A stretch of 64,000 nt of DNA from Raillietiella orientalis. Taxonomy: Eukaryota. Positions 37,901 through 49,373 of the stretch are shown piece after piece. How positions within the stretch are numbered: position 1 is the stretch's first letter; each line of letters begins with the position of its first letter. Under the pieces are notes generated by a model, which saw only the letters and a program-made list of their open reading frames with translations, did not search any database and was not told the DNA's origin. The position numbers and the translations under genes were made by a program. The stretch spans positions 3,596,001 through 3,660,000 of the forward strand of contig JAYWIR010000016.1 in the NCBI GenBank assembly GCA_036172245.1, written 5' to 3'.

Positions 37901-40900
37901 CCAGAGGACTTTACCTGCAGCAACGGGAAGTGCATCGCGCAGCACCAGGTTTGCAACAGTGTTGTGGACTGCAAGGACAACGAGACCTCGGATGAGTCAG
38001 CCGAACGTTGTGGCGGGAACTTCACATGCCCAGAGGGACACGTGAAGTGTGCCACGACCAACGTGTGCGTCAGGACGTACTGGCTGTGCGACGGGGACAA
38101 CGACTGTGGAGACGGCAGCGACGAGATCGACACCCACTGCCACAACAAGACTTGCCCCCAGGATCAGTTCCGCTGCCCCAGGGGTCGGTGCATCCCTCCC
38201 TCGTGGTTGTGCGACACCGACGATGACTGCGGCGACGGGAGCGACGAGGCGGAAGAAGTGTGCAAGAACGCCACGGGTACCTGCTCCAGGGAGAAGTTCA
38301 CATGTGACAACGGAAACTGCATTCCCCGCTTTTTCGTCTGCGACGGAGACGACGACTGTAAGGACAACTCCGATGAAGGGGAGAACCAGCAATGCAACAA
38401 GAGGAAGTGTGACGAAGAGACAGAGTTCGCCTGCGTGGAGAACAAGCACTGGGGCAGGTCCGAGTGCATCCCCAGGAAATGGGTCTGTGACGGGGATCCC
38501 GACTGCGTCGACGGAGCCGACGAGAACGTCACCCTAAACAACTGTCCCCCTCCCAAGTCGTGCCCAGACCACAGGTTCCGGTGCAACAACGGGAGATGCA
38601 TCTACCCGGGGTGGCTGTGTGACAACGACAACGACTGCGGCGATGGGAGCGACGAACCCAAAAACTGCACGTACCGGGAATGCAGCGAGCTGGAATTTGC
38701 CTGCAGAAACGCGAAGTGCATCCCCCTGTCCTACCGGTGCAACGGTCAGGATAACTGCGACGACTACAGCGACGAAGTGGACTGCCCCGTGGAGAATGCG
38801 ACCTGCTCAGACCAGCAGTTCCTCTGCGACAGCGGGGAGTGCATCCCTCTGGAGAAGGTCTGCGACAAGTCCGTCGACTGCAGCGACTCGAGCGACGAGG
38901 TCGCCCACTGCAACGTGAACGAGTGCGCGGACGTGCTCTCCAACCAATGCGCGCAGGAGTGCCAGGACACGCCCACCGGGTACAAATGCTCCTGCAAGCC
39001 GGGATTCAAGCTCATGCGGGACAAGAAGTCCTGTATGGATGTGGATGAATGCGAGGAGCTGGCCGGAGTATGCTCCCAGTCGTGCATCAACACACATGGA
39101 TCGTACGTTTGCAAGTGCGACACGAAGTACTACGAGAAGACGGAGAGCGGCTCCTGCAAGCGTCTGGACGGGGAAACCCCGTGGCTTCTCTTTGCGAACA
39201 AGTATTACGTGAGGAATATGAGCGTGGACGGCAAGGTCTATGAGTCGGAGGTGGTGCTTGACGACCTGAGGAACGTCGTCGCCCTGGATTTCGACTACCA
39301 AGAGCAGTACTTGTATTACTGCGACGTTGGGGCCAGGACCATATTCCGCTCGAAGGTCAACGGAACTCAGAACAAGCAGGTCATCATCAAGCACGATAGC
39401 TACGGTCTGGAGGGTCTAGCGGTGGACTGGGTCGGGCGTAAGCTGTACTGGCTAGACCGTCACAGCAAACAGTTGGACGTGTCCGAGCTGAACGGCACCA
39501 ACCGCAAGACGCTGCTATCGAAGGGGATATCCGATCCGCGGGCCATAGTCGTGCACCCCAAGAATGGGCTGCTGTTCTTCACAGACTGGCAGCTCGATGC
39601 CTACATTGGACGCTTGGGGATGGACGGCTCCGATTTCCGTCGCATCCTCACTCACGCGGACAAGATCGTGTGGCCCAACGGTCTGGCGGTCGACCACTTT
39701 TCCGACAAGATCTTCTGGGCGGACGCCCACCTCGACTACATCGCCTTTGCGGACCTGGAAGGCCACAACATCCATTATGTGCTGAGTGGATCCCAGGTGC
39801 CACACGTGTTCGCCCTATCCGTGTTTGACGAGTGGCTCTACTGGAGCGACTGGAACCTCAAAAGTGTCCACAGGGCAAAGAAGTTCACCGGCGAAAACTA
39901 CCAGATCCTCAGCCACCTGACGCACCGGCCCTACGACGTACAGGTGTATCACCGCCTCATGCAGGAGCCGATCGAGAGCCCCTGCGGCTCCGCCAACGGC
40001 AACTGTTCGCACCTTTGCCTGTTGAGACCACTGTGGGGCTACACGTGCTCCTGCCCGGACCAGTTCTACATGATGGCGGATGGGCGAACCTGTCAGCCCA
40101 ACTGCACGGACGGACAGCACCTCTGCGGCTACCCGGACACGAAATGCATCCCTATCTTCTGGAAGTACGGTTGGCGGGCTCCCAGGGAATGGGAGGCAAC
40201 TATCGTTTTTTTTTTCCCCTCTCGTTCCCGTGAAGATGTGACGGCGACAAGGACTGCGGGGACGGATCCGATGAACCACCCTCCTGCCCCCACAGGCTCT
40301 GCAAGTCGGGGCAGTTTCAGTGCAGGAACGGGAACTGCACCACCCCGACGCATCTTTGCGATGGACGAAACGATTGCGGTGACAACAGCGACGAAGACAG
40401 CTGTCATTTCGACTGCTCCGAAAGACAGTTCAAGTGCAAGCGAACCGGTACGCTGTGTGGACAGTGTTGGAGTTGGAGGGGGGGGGGGCACTGCTAATTC
40501 CTTCTTCGTTCAACGATTTTTCCAGGAAGGTGCGTTCCGGAATCTTGGGCCTGCGACGGAGACAAAGACTGTCCCGACGGAAGCGACGAGAGCCCGGAAG
40601 TTTGCCGTGAGTATTCAAGGTGATCTCTCACCACCCTCACTGCATCTCTTCCCGATCCAGACAACCGGACCTGCAAACCGGACACGGAATTCCGCTGCAA
40701 GAACGGGAACTGCATCCCTCGTCTGTGGTACTGCGACTTCGACAACGACTGCGGCGACGATTCGGACGAGCCGTCGCACGTGTGCAGGTGGGTGTGCCCT
40801 GTTGTGCTTCCTTCCTCTTTCCCTCTTCGTTTCGCGTCGTAGGGAGGGAGAGGAGAGGACAAGAAAGAAAGGGGGTGGGCGAAGAGAGTAAACGAATGAG

Positions 40901-43900
40901 AAAGATCTCTTCCTCATTTTCGCCTAGGAACCGGAACTGCACGTCCGGATGGGAACGCTGCCCCACGTGGGGCAACTACCGCTGCATCCCCAAGTGGCTG
41001 TTCTGCGACGGGAAAGACGATTGCCGGGATGGAAGCGACGAGACGATGGCCAACTGTCCCAACTGCACGGAGACCGATTTCCGCTGCCGCAACTGGAAGT
41101 GCGTCCCCAAGTGAGTTTCCCGGGAAGAAGGCGGGTGGGCCCGTGCACGGAGGGGAGAAGGCTGGAGAATAGGCGAGGCGCAGTCGCCGCCTCTGGAGCG
41201 CATCATCTAGCGGCGTCCTCCTTCCAGGAAGTGGCTGTGCGACTTCGAAAACGACTGCGGAGATGGCAGCGACGAGGACCCGGATCTGTGCAAGGGCCAG
41301 TACCGCTCATGTTCCGCGTCGGAGTTCCAGTGTGGCAACCAGAAGTGCATCCCCAAGAGGTGGCGCTGCGACCTCGACGACGACTGCGGGGACAAGTCGG
41401 ACGAGAACGGCTGCGAGAACTGGAAGTGCAAGGTACCGGGAACTTCTCTTCCTTCCCTCTCGCATCCCCGCGGGGACCACGCTCGTCCTCCCTCTGCCGC
41501 AGGAAGGCGAGTTCCAATGCGCGAGCGGCCACTGCATACCGCATAAGCTGCGCTGCGACGGCAGCAGGGATTGTCACGACTTCAGTGACGAGAAGGACTG
41601 CCCTCCGCGCTTCTCGGACGGATCCTACTGCTTCCAGGGATTCTTCCAGTGCGCCAACACGATTTGTGTGCAGCAATGGGACTTATGCAACGGGGAAGAC
41701 AACTGCGGGGACGGCAGCGACGAGAGCCCAGAAGTTTGCAGTAAGCGGGGCGCGTGGGCGAGCGAGGAGGGTGGAGAAAGGGCGGAAGGCACTCTCTTCT
41801 CCCTCTCCCTTTCCAGAGAACTTCACGTGCAACCTGTTGCTGAACTTCCAATGCGACAACAACAAGTGCATTCCGAAGTTCGAACTTTGCGACGGCGTCG
41901 ACAACTGCGGCGACGCGAGCGACGAGAACAACCACACGCTGTGCGGGGACCGCTCTCGACGGGTGCCTTGCAAGGAAACCGAGTTCAAGTGCTCCAACCA
42001 CCTCTGCGTGGACAAGGCGAGGGTGTGCGATCATTCCGACGACTGTGGCGACCAGTCCGACGAGCTCGGATGCTGTGAGTTGCCTATTCTTCACCCTTTT
42101 CCGCCCCCTGCAGTCTCTGCTAATCCTCCTCGTTCTCCCCCTCTTCCAGACGACTCCCATGACTGCAAGACGGCCGGAGGCGAGGGAGGCTGCGAGCAGG
42201 AGTGCATGGATCTGGAAAGAGGCGGTGGCTACCTCTGCCACTGCTACCCCGGTTACCGTGTCAGCGAGACCAACCCCAAGAAGTGCGAGGACGTGGACGA
42301 GTGCCTGACGGCCGTCAGCAACTGCTCTCAGATCTGTGTCAACCTGAACGGGACGTACGAGTGCTCCTGCTACCCGGAGTTCGACCATTTTGAAGGGCTA
42401 TGCAAGGCGAAGGGCCCGACTCCGGGCATTCTGTACTCCAACGGACCCGAGATTCGCGGCCTCTTCGTCCGAGAGCGTCGATTCTTCGACGTCATCCGCG
42501 GGGAATCGCGCATCCAATCCATCGACTACCACTATGGGGAGGGCTTGCTGTACTGGATCGACTCCTACGAGAAGACCATCAAGCGCAGCTACATCCCCGA
42601 CCAAAGCTCTCCTCAAGCCAGCGCGGGCTTCGCTCAGGACCTGAAACTGAAAGGTGAGTCTGAGGGGTGATGGAGAGGGGGGCTTCTGGGAGAGAGGAAA
42701 GGGAATGTCGGTATCCGGGGCGAGGCAGCAACGCCGTCGTCTTCCCTCAGGATCCACCAAGCTCATGGGCATAGCCGTGGACTGGGTTGCCGGGAACCTG
42801 TACTGGACGGAGGTCGACCTGACGGGGAACCGTCTACACGGACGCATCATGGTGTCCAAGACAGATGGACGCTACCGTGTGGCACTGCTCAGGGATTCCA
42901 TGGAGATGCCCATGTCCGTTGCCGTGGACCCCATGGAAGGTTTGCTGTTCTGGACTGAGGTCGGCTCCGTGCCGAAGATCGAGGCTGCCTGGATGGATGG
43001 GTCCAGGAGGAAGGTGCTGGTCTCTGAGAGGCTCGGGTACCCATCCAGCCTAACCATCGACTACACGATGAGGCACACCCTCTTCTGGAGCGACTCGAAG
43101 CTCAATACCATCGAGAAGGTGTACCCAGATGGGACGCAGAGGGTCACTGTGCTGCGCGGGGAGAGGCTCCGTCATCCCATCAGCCTCGACGTCTTCGAGA
43201 ACTCCCTTTACTGGGTGACTCGGGACACGGGGGAGGTCTTCACGCAGGACAAGTTCGGTCGTGGGGTTTCCGTGAGGCTCGCCAACGACCTCGTCAATCC
43301 TACAAGCATAAGAGGTGAGGCACCCGCACCTCCTCTTCTCTCTTCACGTTCCCTTTTTGGCAGTCTTCCAGAAGTACCGATACAACGAGTCGCTGGAGAA
43401 CCCTTGTGTCAAGGACACCTGCAGCCACCTGTGCCTCCTGCAGCCCCAAGGCTCCCGCTGCGTTTGCCCCCTCGTGTTCGGCACAAAGAGCACGAGCGAC
43501 ACGATATGCACCACGGGTAGGGAACTTTCCTTTCCCTCCCCCGGAAGTCCTCTCCGGCCCCAACGTGCCCTCCCCGAACCCTTTGTCTTTCAGCGATCGA
43601 ATCCCCCCGCGCCTTCCCGATCCACTGCCACTGCCAGAACGGCGGGATCTGCAAGGAAAACAGTGAAGGCAGCGGAGTCGTTTGCGATTGCCCCGAGGGC
43701 TACGAGGGCATGTTCTGTGATATGATCCCAAGCGCGCATTCCGACCACCGCTCGGCGTCGGTAGCGGCCATCGTCGTACCCCTGATCGTCATCCTCTTCG
43801 TGGCCATTACGGTCGGTTTGTTCCTCACTTACCGAAGGATGAACTTGTAAGTGTGTGGTGGGCACGAGCTTTGTGGGGATCACCCTGAACCTCCTCCTTC

Positions 43901-44385
43901 CCTCCCCCTCCCCCCCCTCCTTCTTTTCCGCCTTCGTCAACTGCAGCAGTAAACCTCTGGGGAAGGCCTTCGGCATCGTTCCGACTGTATCGTTCCGTAG
44001 TGGATCGAACATTGAGTTCGGCACGGGCACCCTCACCCCTCCCCCTTCGGAGCCTTCGAATGACGTAAGTGGTGGAGATCAAGGGCTTCCGACTGATCCT
44101 TCCTTGCAGACCAATCTCGACATCGACCTGTCATTCGAAGCGGACAAGAAGAGGAACTTCTCCAACCCCATGTATGACGCCATGGGCTTCTCCGACGCGT
44201 CCGCCGACCCCCTGAAGCGGATCGTTGATGGCGGCTGCAGCGGTGACCCGCTTCACCACCTGCCCAGGAGCGCCCCCAAGCCCTCTCCGCAGCTGCTCGT
44301 GCGCCATCGGGAGTTTGTCCCCTCGTTGTCCGACACCGGCAAGGATACCCAGAAGCTGGTAGAGGAAGACGTCTTTGACTCGTAA
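16431..44385 (+). CDS. LRP2: Megalin / low-density lipoprotein receptor-related protein 2, complete, ~4,578 aa, 44 coding exons: 16431-16539, 23942-24061, 26009-26140, 26199-26435, 27088-27327, 27857-27973, 28082-28368, 28427-28665, 28734-28939, 29046-29243, 29311-29448, 29555-29779, 29935-30130, 30192-30445, 30633-30908, 31095-31516, 31587-31812, 31905-32044, 32106-32242, 32338-32509, 32635-32824, 32914-33116, 33226-33410, 33472-34004, 34122-34306, 34367-34620, 34735-34909, 35005-35230, 35432-35656, 35765-36083, 36166-40164, 40236-40447, 40526-40606, 40661-40787, 40928-41110, 41228-41432, 41503-41740, 41817-42074, 42150-42653, 42751-43314, 43364-43516, 43594-43846, 43947-44064, 44110-44385
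   Basis: Contains 35 LDL-receptor class A repeats (C..C..C..CD...DC.D.SDE..C) in four clusters of 6, 8, 10 and 11, separated by EGF repeats and YWTD beta-propellers. It has one TM helix ([24 protein letters not shown]), a cytoplasmic FSNPMY motif and a C-terminal DTQKLVEED like the megalin DTANLVKED. All introns are GT-AG, phases are consistent and the summed CDS is 13,737 nt. The cluster pattern fits LRP2 rather than LRP1 (2-8-10-11). Confidence 0.95.
22926..22953. repeat. (GA)14 microsatellite in megalin intron 1
   Basis: Read directly. Confidence 0.9.
36166..40164 (+). CDS. LRP2: Megalin exon 31, a 3,999-nt exon covering YWTD propellers, EGF repeats, all of LDLa cluster III and the start of cluster IV
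   Basis: Uninterrupted ORF (within ORF 36131..40891), bounded by a ctcag acceptor and an AA|gtacgg donor, phase 2 at both ends. Confidence 0.93.
43594..44385 (+). CDS. LRP2: Megalin last EGF, transmembrane helix and cytoplasmic tail with a single NPxY (FSNPMY)
   Basis: Translation CHCQNGGIC...[10 protein letters not shown], then the TM helix, YRR stop-transfer, [21 protein letters not shown], and TAA at 44383-44385. Confidence 0.9.
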
Positions 44386-47120
44386 CATCCGACAGCAGCA
44401 GCGTGTGCCATTTTTCCTATTCAAAGCGTCCCCCCACCTGGGGGATGACCTGGCTGGTGGTGGTGGTGGTCTCCTCGGAGGGAGGAAAAACAAAAACAAA
44501 CAACCCCCAAAAAAACCCTGTCCGAGGAGAGTACCCCGCGTTCCTGCGACGCGCGTGAGTGTGCGAGCGAGTCAACCGTCAAGAAAGAAAGCGGCAAAGA
44601 GGAAAGCGAAGACGACGACCGCAAAAGCAAATATCAAGCAAACAAACCAAAAACGAACCGAAAAGAGAGGAAAAAAAAAAACAAAACAAATCAGCAGAAT
44701 TCCAGGAGTGCCTTGTTACTTTCCTCTTCGTTAACTACTCTTCTCTGCCACTGGTTCAGCACGGCGGCGTCGGCCTGTGAGCAGGCGACTGGACACGCCC
44801 TCCAGTGACGGCTCCAGTGAGAGGCGACACTTTCTCGTCCTTCCTTTTTTCCCTCTCTGTTGCTTCCATCTTCCCACTTGGGCTTCCATCGGGCACGCGC
44901 GAGTCAGAGAAAGCACTGGAGGTGGTGGCTGGAAAAGCACACGAGGCCAGAAGAACAAGGCGGAATGGATGAAGTGGGGCAAGGGCAGGATATCCCTTGC
45001 GGGAAGAGAGACGTGATCCTCTCTGGAAACCACTCTTTCCTGACACTTTTCCTGCCATCCTCCAAGTTGCTGTCCTCTCCAGCACACTTCCCGGTGATCT
45101 CTCAATCCCACGAGCCCTCACGCTGTGGCTTCTCGCTCCAGCGTTATTCGCAGACTGGTAGCAAGCGGCGAGGCTCACATGCCGTCCCCCGCTTTGGGCA
45201 TTTCTTGTTTGGACGGTGGCTCAGCCCGTCTCGCTCTCCCTCCGTCCTGTTCCTTGCAGTGTCATCGCTTTCCTCCCAACCGAGGGCGATCAATACCCTC
45301 AGGGCTGTTCTGACACTTTAGAGGAGGTGTGCTCTCTCTGGAGGGTCCAGAGAGGTTCTTCGCGTGCTGCCACTCATGGAACCCGAGTACGCACAGAGAA
45401 AGAAGTCTCGTAGCCGGCTATCCAAGCGCCGCCTGCAAGGAAGTGCTTGTTGCCGTGAGATGTAGTCAGGTCGCCCCCAAGGATCCTCGGATGCTTGCCA
45501 TCATCCACCCGTGGCAGCAGAAGCAGTGGCATTGCTTCATTGAGGCTCCCCCCCACCCCCGTGCTCTTTTCGTTACTAGGGTGTGCGCTTCCGTTGAGAA
45601 AAGGAAGACGGTGGTGGTTTCCGTTTCCTTAGATCAAGAGAAACGCACTCGCGCCTCTGCAGCCAGGGTTTCCTCCGAATCCCAGTGGAAGTCCTCTCGG
45701 TCAGACGCTCTTGCCGACTCCTAGTATATCCGAGAGCGGAGAGAAGAGGAAAGCGGTGGTGCACACTTTTTTGTCAGCATCGGTTGCAGGGCCTCTACAA
45801 AGGCACTTGGAGCGCTCTTGGCAGTGCATGCCTCAGCCTGCAGGACGTTTACAGATTGATTTCAGGATAGCTCCCTTCGCGAGGAGGCAGAGTAGGGGGC
45901 GACCCGCTAACCCCGAGAGTAAACTTAAGGGGATAATCTTGGAGCTCTGTCGAGGGAAGTATACTCACGGTTCCCGCCTTTCAAGTGACCGTCAGGAGGG
46001 AGCAGCAGGATGGGCAGGAAGGATTTTTCTTTTTTTCTTTTTTGGCGTAGTGCGCACACGCCCTGGAAGAAAAGGTTTTCGAGAAACTTCCTCTCTGACA
46101 GTGGTATTCATCCTCCAAGGACTCACGGCTTGAGTTTCGGGACCTTCGAAAGATGGAGAAGGGTCTCAGGGGAAGGATGTAGGTTAGGAAACTTTCCCCT
46201 ATCCTGACGATACTCTTGGAAAGTCCTTGGTAGCGAGGTTTGCGGTGTTGTGTCCGTGCAGCTGCACTGGAAGATACGCTCTCCTCCCTTCCCCAACCCA
46301 TCCCTTTCCTATGCCTCCCAGAAGGGAAACCCAAAAGGACACGTACCAGGAGACTCCATTTCCTCCTCATCTCCCGACAACCCCGTGCTCTGGGCCCGAA
46401 ACCTCCATCCTCCAGGATGTGAAGCGTCACGCAAATCTCCGATTCCTCTTGCTGTGCATCGTCCATACATCTCTCCCCCTTGTCAAAGATATTTCTTCTC
46501 TTGTTGCAACCATGCTTCCAGTTTTCCACATTGCGCTCCCAGTCCCCTCTCGAGGAGGAGGCGTACTCTAACGAAGAGTCTGTTTGAAAAGAAAGAGTCT
46601 TCGAAGATCCTAACTCAGTCATATATGTGTATGTGTAAATTCTTCCCTTAGTCCTCCGGGATCCCCGCCTCCTTGGAGAAGGCAGCTCACATATTGATCG
46701 AATAGCAAAGGCGATGGACTCAGGGAGTCCATCAAGAAATAGGCAGAAACTTGACTGGTGTCAGGTTGAAGGGCTAAGCATTCTGTCATCCTTTCTCTTG
46801 CCACTGCAATCACGCTTGTTCTCAGGGTCTTTCTGCAATTTGTTTCATGAAGCACAGCCGGGAATCAGAGGATTCACTGACGTGGTAACTCATGTCGTTG
46901 ACAGACGCCCCGAAGGAAGCAAACATGATGAACACCCACGTGTGTAAGGTGTATGAGTGACAAAAAATGCCTCCTCTCGCGGATAGAGGACGTTGAAATA
47001 CAAGAAATATGCTGTGCTTTCCGAATCCAGCACGGTAAGAGGACGTTCCAAGGATAAATCAATCTAGAAGATGTTTCGTGATCCAAGTTACCCATGACAT
47101 TCATTCTTCTTCGTTCCTGG

Positions 47121-47126
47121 AATAAA
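47121..47126 (+). terminator. Candidate polyadenylation signal (AATAAA) for megalin, implying a ~2.7-kb 3' UTR
   Basis: First canonical AATAAA I see downstream of the stop codon. It is followed by T-rich sequence and coincides with the GC-to-AT boundary. Confidence 0.4.
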
Positions 47127-48568
47127 CATAATACTTCAGTGAATTTCTTGCATTTCGTTTTTTATTTAAAAAAATGAGAGAAAAATGCGTGTGAGTTGAG
47201 ATGCGAATCGAGTATGTAATTGTTTTTGAACCTTCCTAACAAAGTTTTACTTGAACAAATGAGTACCCTGTGATTGTAACTTGAGTATTTTTTGCATTTG
47301 CACAACAACAATTATACGATTTTTAAGCTCATTGAAAGAACTTAGTATAATTTTGAAATTAAATTATTCAATTTAGTGAACCTAATTAATAAACTAAGCA
47401 TAAAGTTAATTAAATCCGATTACCACGTTAATGTTAGTATAATTTTTTAATTTTCCCCGTCTTCATTTTATGCACTTATTTTAACTGTACTGAGATTACT
47501 CATTAAACAAAGCTGCAGGATATGTTTTTGGCAAAAACAATCAATTTTCGTTATAATTGGCTATTAGAAAACAACTGCATATCAACGATCATTTTAGGGG
47601 GGAATGAATGGCAGGAGGAATAAGAATATTTTTGTATTTGACCTGGAAATTTATCTTATAATGATCTGTCATTTCATGTGGAGTAGATTAATAACTACTT
47701 CACTCAAAATTCTATGCGATCATTTGATGCAGTTTAAAACTTGCTACACTGCAAAAATATTGGGTATGTCGTTACATTAGGCATCCCAAGCACGGTTTAT
47801 TGTATATTATGATGCTAACTGCAAAATGGTGCTTATCCTAACCCAACACGAACTTCTTGTATCAGAATTGTATTCCAGGTTGTTTGGCAGTTGTGATGGA
47901 AAAACAAGTTCACAAGTTACTGAAGAGGATGAATAGGGTAAACGAAGAATAAATTTCAAAGTTTAGGTTCTTAAGCTTAGGTGACTTCATACTGTATTCA
48001 TCCACTGTGAAAACAGACCTATCTGAAATTTGTATCCACCTTTAGTCATCACAAGTATATTCTCATAAGTAGAATACCTTGTATTAAGCAGCATGCTGTT
48101 CGGAATCCAAGAGAAATCAACTCACCAAGTTCATTAACTCAATTTTGAGCACCTTTGATGTCCTTTTGATCACTATGAGATTCGAATGCCGTGAAGTGAA
48201 TTACGTGCATTTGGAAACGTGTACTCAAAGTGTTCTCGAAAAAGTTACACTAAAATTGTGTGTCGCAGTGCAAAACTGAATATTTCTTTCCTGTTTTGAA
48301 TATTTTGGTGCCACCTACGTGCAGTGCAAAATTATAATACTGGTAATTTTGGTACCACAATGCCATCCAGTGTGTCAACATGATGCTGCACTGAGGTTCA
48401 CGTATGGTGGTGGAATAAACCCTTTGTATGTTGTGTTTTCTCCCTTCGAAGGATATTTGAGTAGTAGCAGTTAATTTGTTTGCAACTAAGTGCGTGTTTG
48501 CAGAACTGCTGTCGTTCAAGATTTCTCGACCTGAGTGAGCCGTGTGTGCAACAAGCGTGATCGCTGCG

Positions 48569-48576
48569 TATCGATA
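48569..48576. promoter_or_regulatory. DRE-like palindrome TATCGATA just upstream of the FMC1 start
   Basis: Exact match to the Drosophila DNA replication-related element (DREF site, typical of housekeeping promoters), ending 36 nt before the ATG. Confidence 0.5.
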
Positions 48577-48612
48577 ACGCTGCCCGGATTGTAGGGGTCA
48601 TCAGAGTAAACG

Positions 48613-49373
48613 ATGAAAAATTTGTCGTTGCTTCGTGCCATTTCACATGAGCTACGTCGTCATCAAACGAATTTAAAAGTCTACAAACATGACCTGATGA
48701 ATTATATTTTAATGCAGTTTAAAAAAAATCAGGTAAGCATGTGCCTTATGTTTGGTTATTGGATTGATATTTGCTACAAATCCCGCATAGTTTGTGAAAT
48801 CGTCTGACTTGTAGAACCGTTTGCAAGAATCACTTGTGCATCAGATTGCAAATATTCATTTTTATTGTTCGTCATGTGTGTATAAATTCTACCTAAATGT
48901 ATGGTTTGTATGAGACAAAAGTACTGTCTATCATGTACATGTTTATTTATCTGTTTTCTATATGTATACCGACAAGATGCATATATGTGTATGTGCGTAG
49001 GCATACAAGACACTATACACGTAAAATGTGCACAATAAAATGCGTATATTCATATATCTGCATTTTATTTCTGTGTAAAGTAATGATTTTTGTGGGTGTG
49101 GAATTCAAGGTTTGTATTTGCGGTTTATTTATTTATTTTTGGGTATCTAGAGCATTCAGAAATAAAATTGAACTCCGATTTTAGGTGACTGATGAACAAA
49201 CATGCAAAGCAGCAAAGTCTGGTGAGCATTTGGGAACATCTTATTTAACGTATCTTGAAAGCACTAGAAAGTATGGAGAACTCTTGTCAGAATTTGGAAA
49301 AGGGCAAAGATCCATTGAAGAAAGTGCAAAAATTGTAGGTTTAAAACTTCCAGAAATTAGTGACAAAACTTGA
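48613..49373 (+). CDS. FMC1: FMC1 homolog (formation of mitochondrial complex V assembly factor 1, C7orf55-like), 102 aa; exons 48613-48732 and 49185-49373
   Basis: The spliced protein MKNLSLLRAISHELRR...YILMQFKKNQ|VTDEQTCKA...TSYLTYLESTRKYGELLSEFGKGQRSIEESAKIVGLKLP matches recalled human FMC1 (RGLLRELR...YLVKAFRAHRVTSEKLCRA...ATYLCLLRSIRK...EFHGKGERSVEESAGLVGLKLP). CAG|gtaagc donor and tttag acceptor, phase 0. Confidence 0.9.

Noticed and set aside
40165..40891. C-terminal part of the 1586-aa ORF as continuous coding sequence
   Set aside because: After ...IPIFWK the LDLa pattern continues in another frame via GT-AG introns, so the read-through tail is not the real protein and there is no frameshift or pseudogene.
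26174..43731. Minus-strand ORFs overlapping megalin exons (e.g. 30539-31321, 36416-37219, 41582-42388)
   Set aside because: These are antisense shadows of a high-GC3 coding sequence with no independent protein features.
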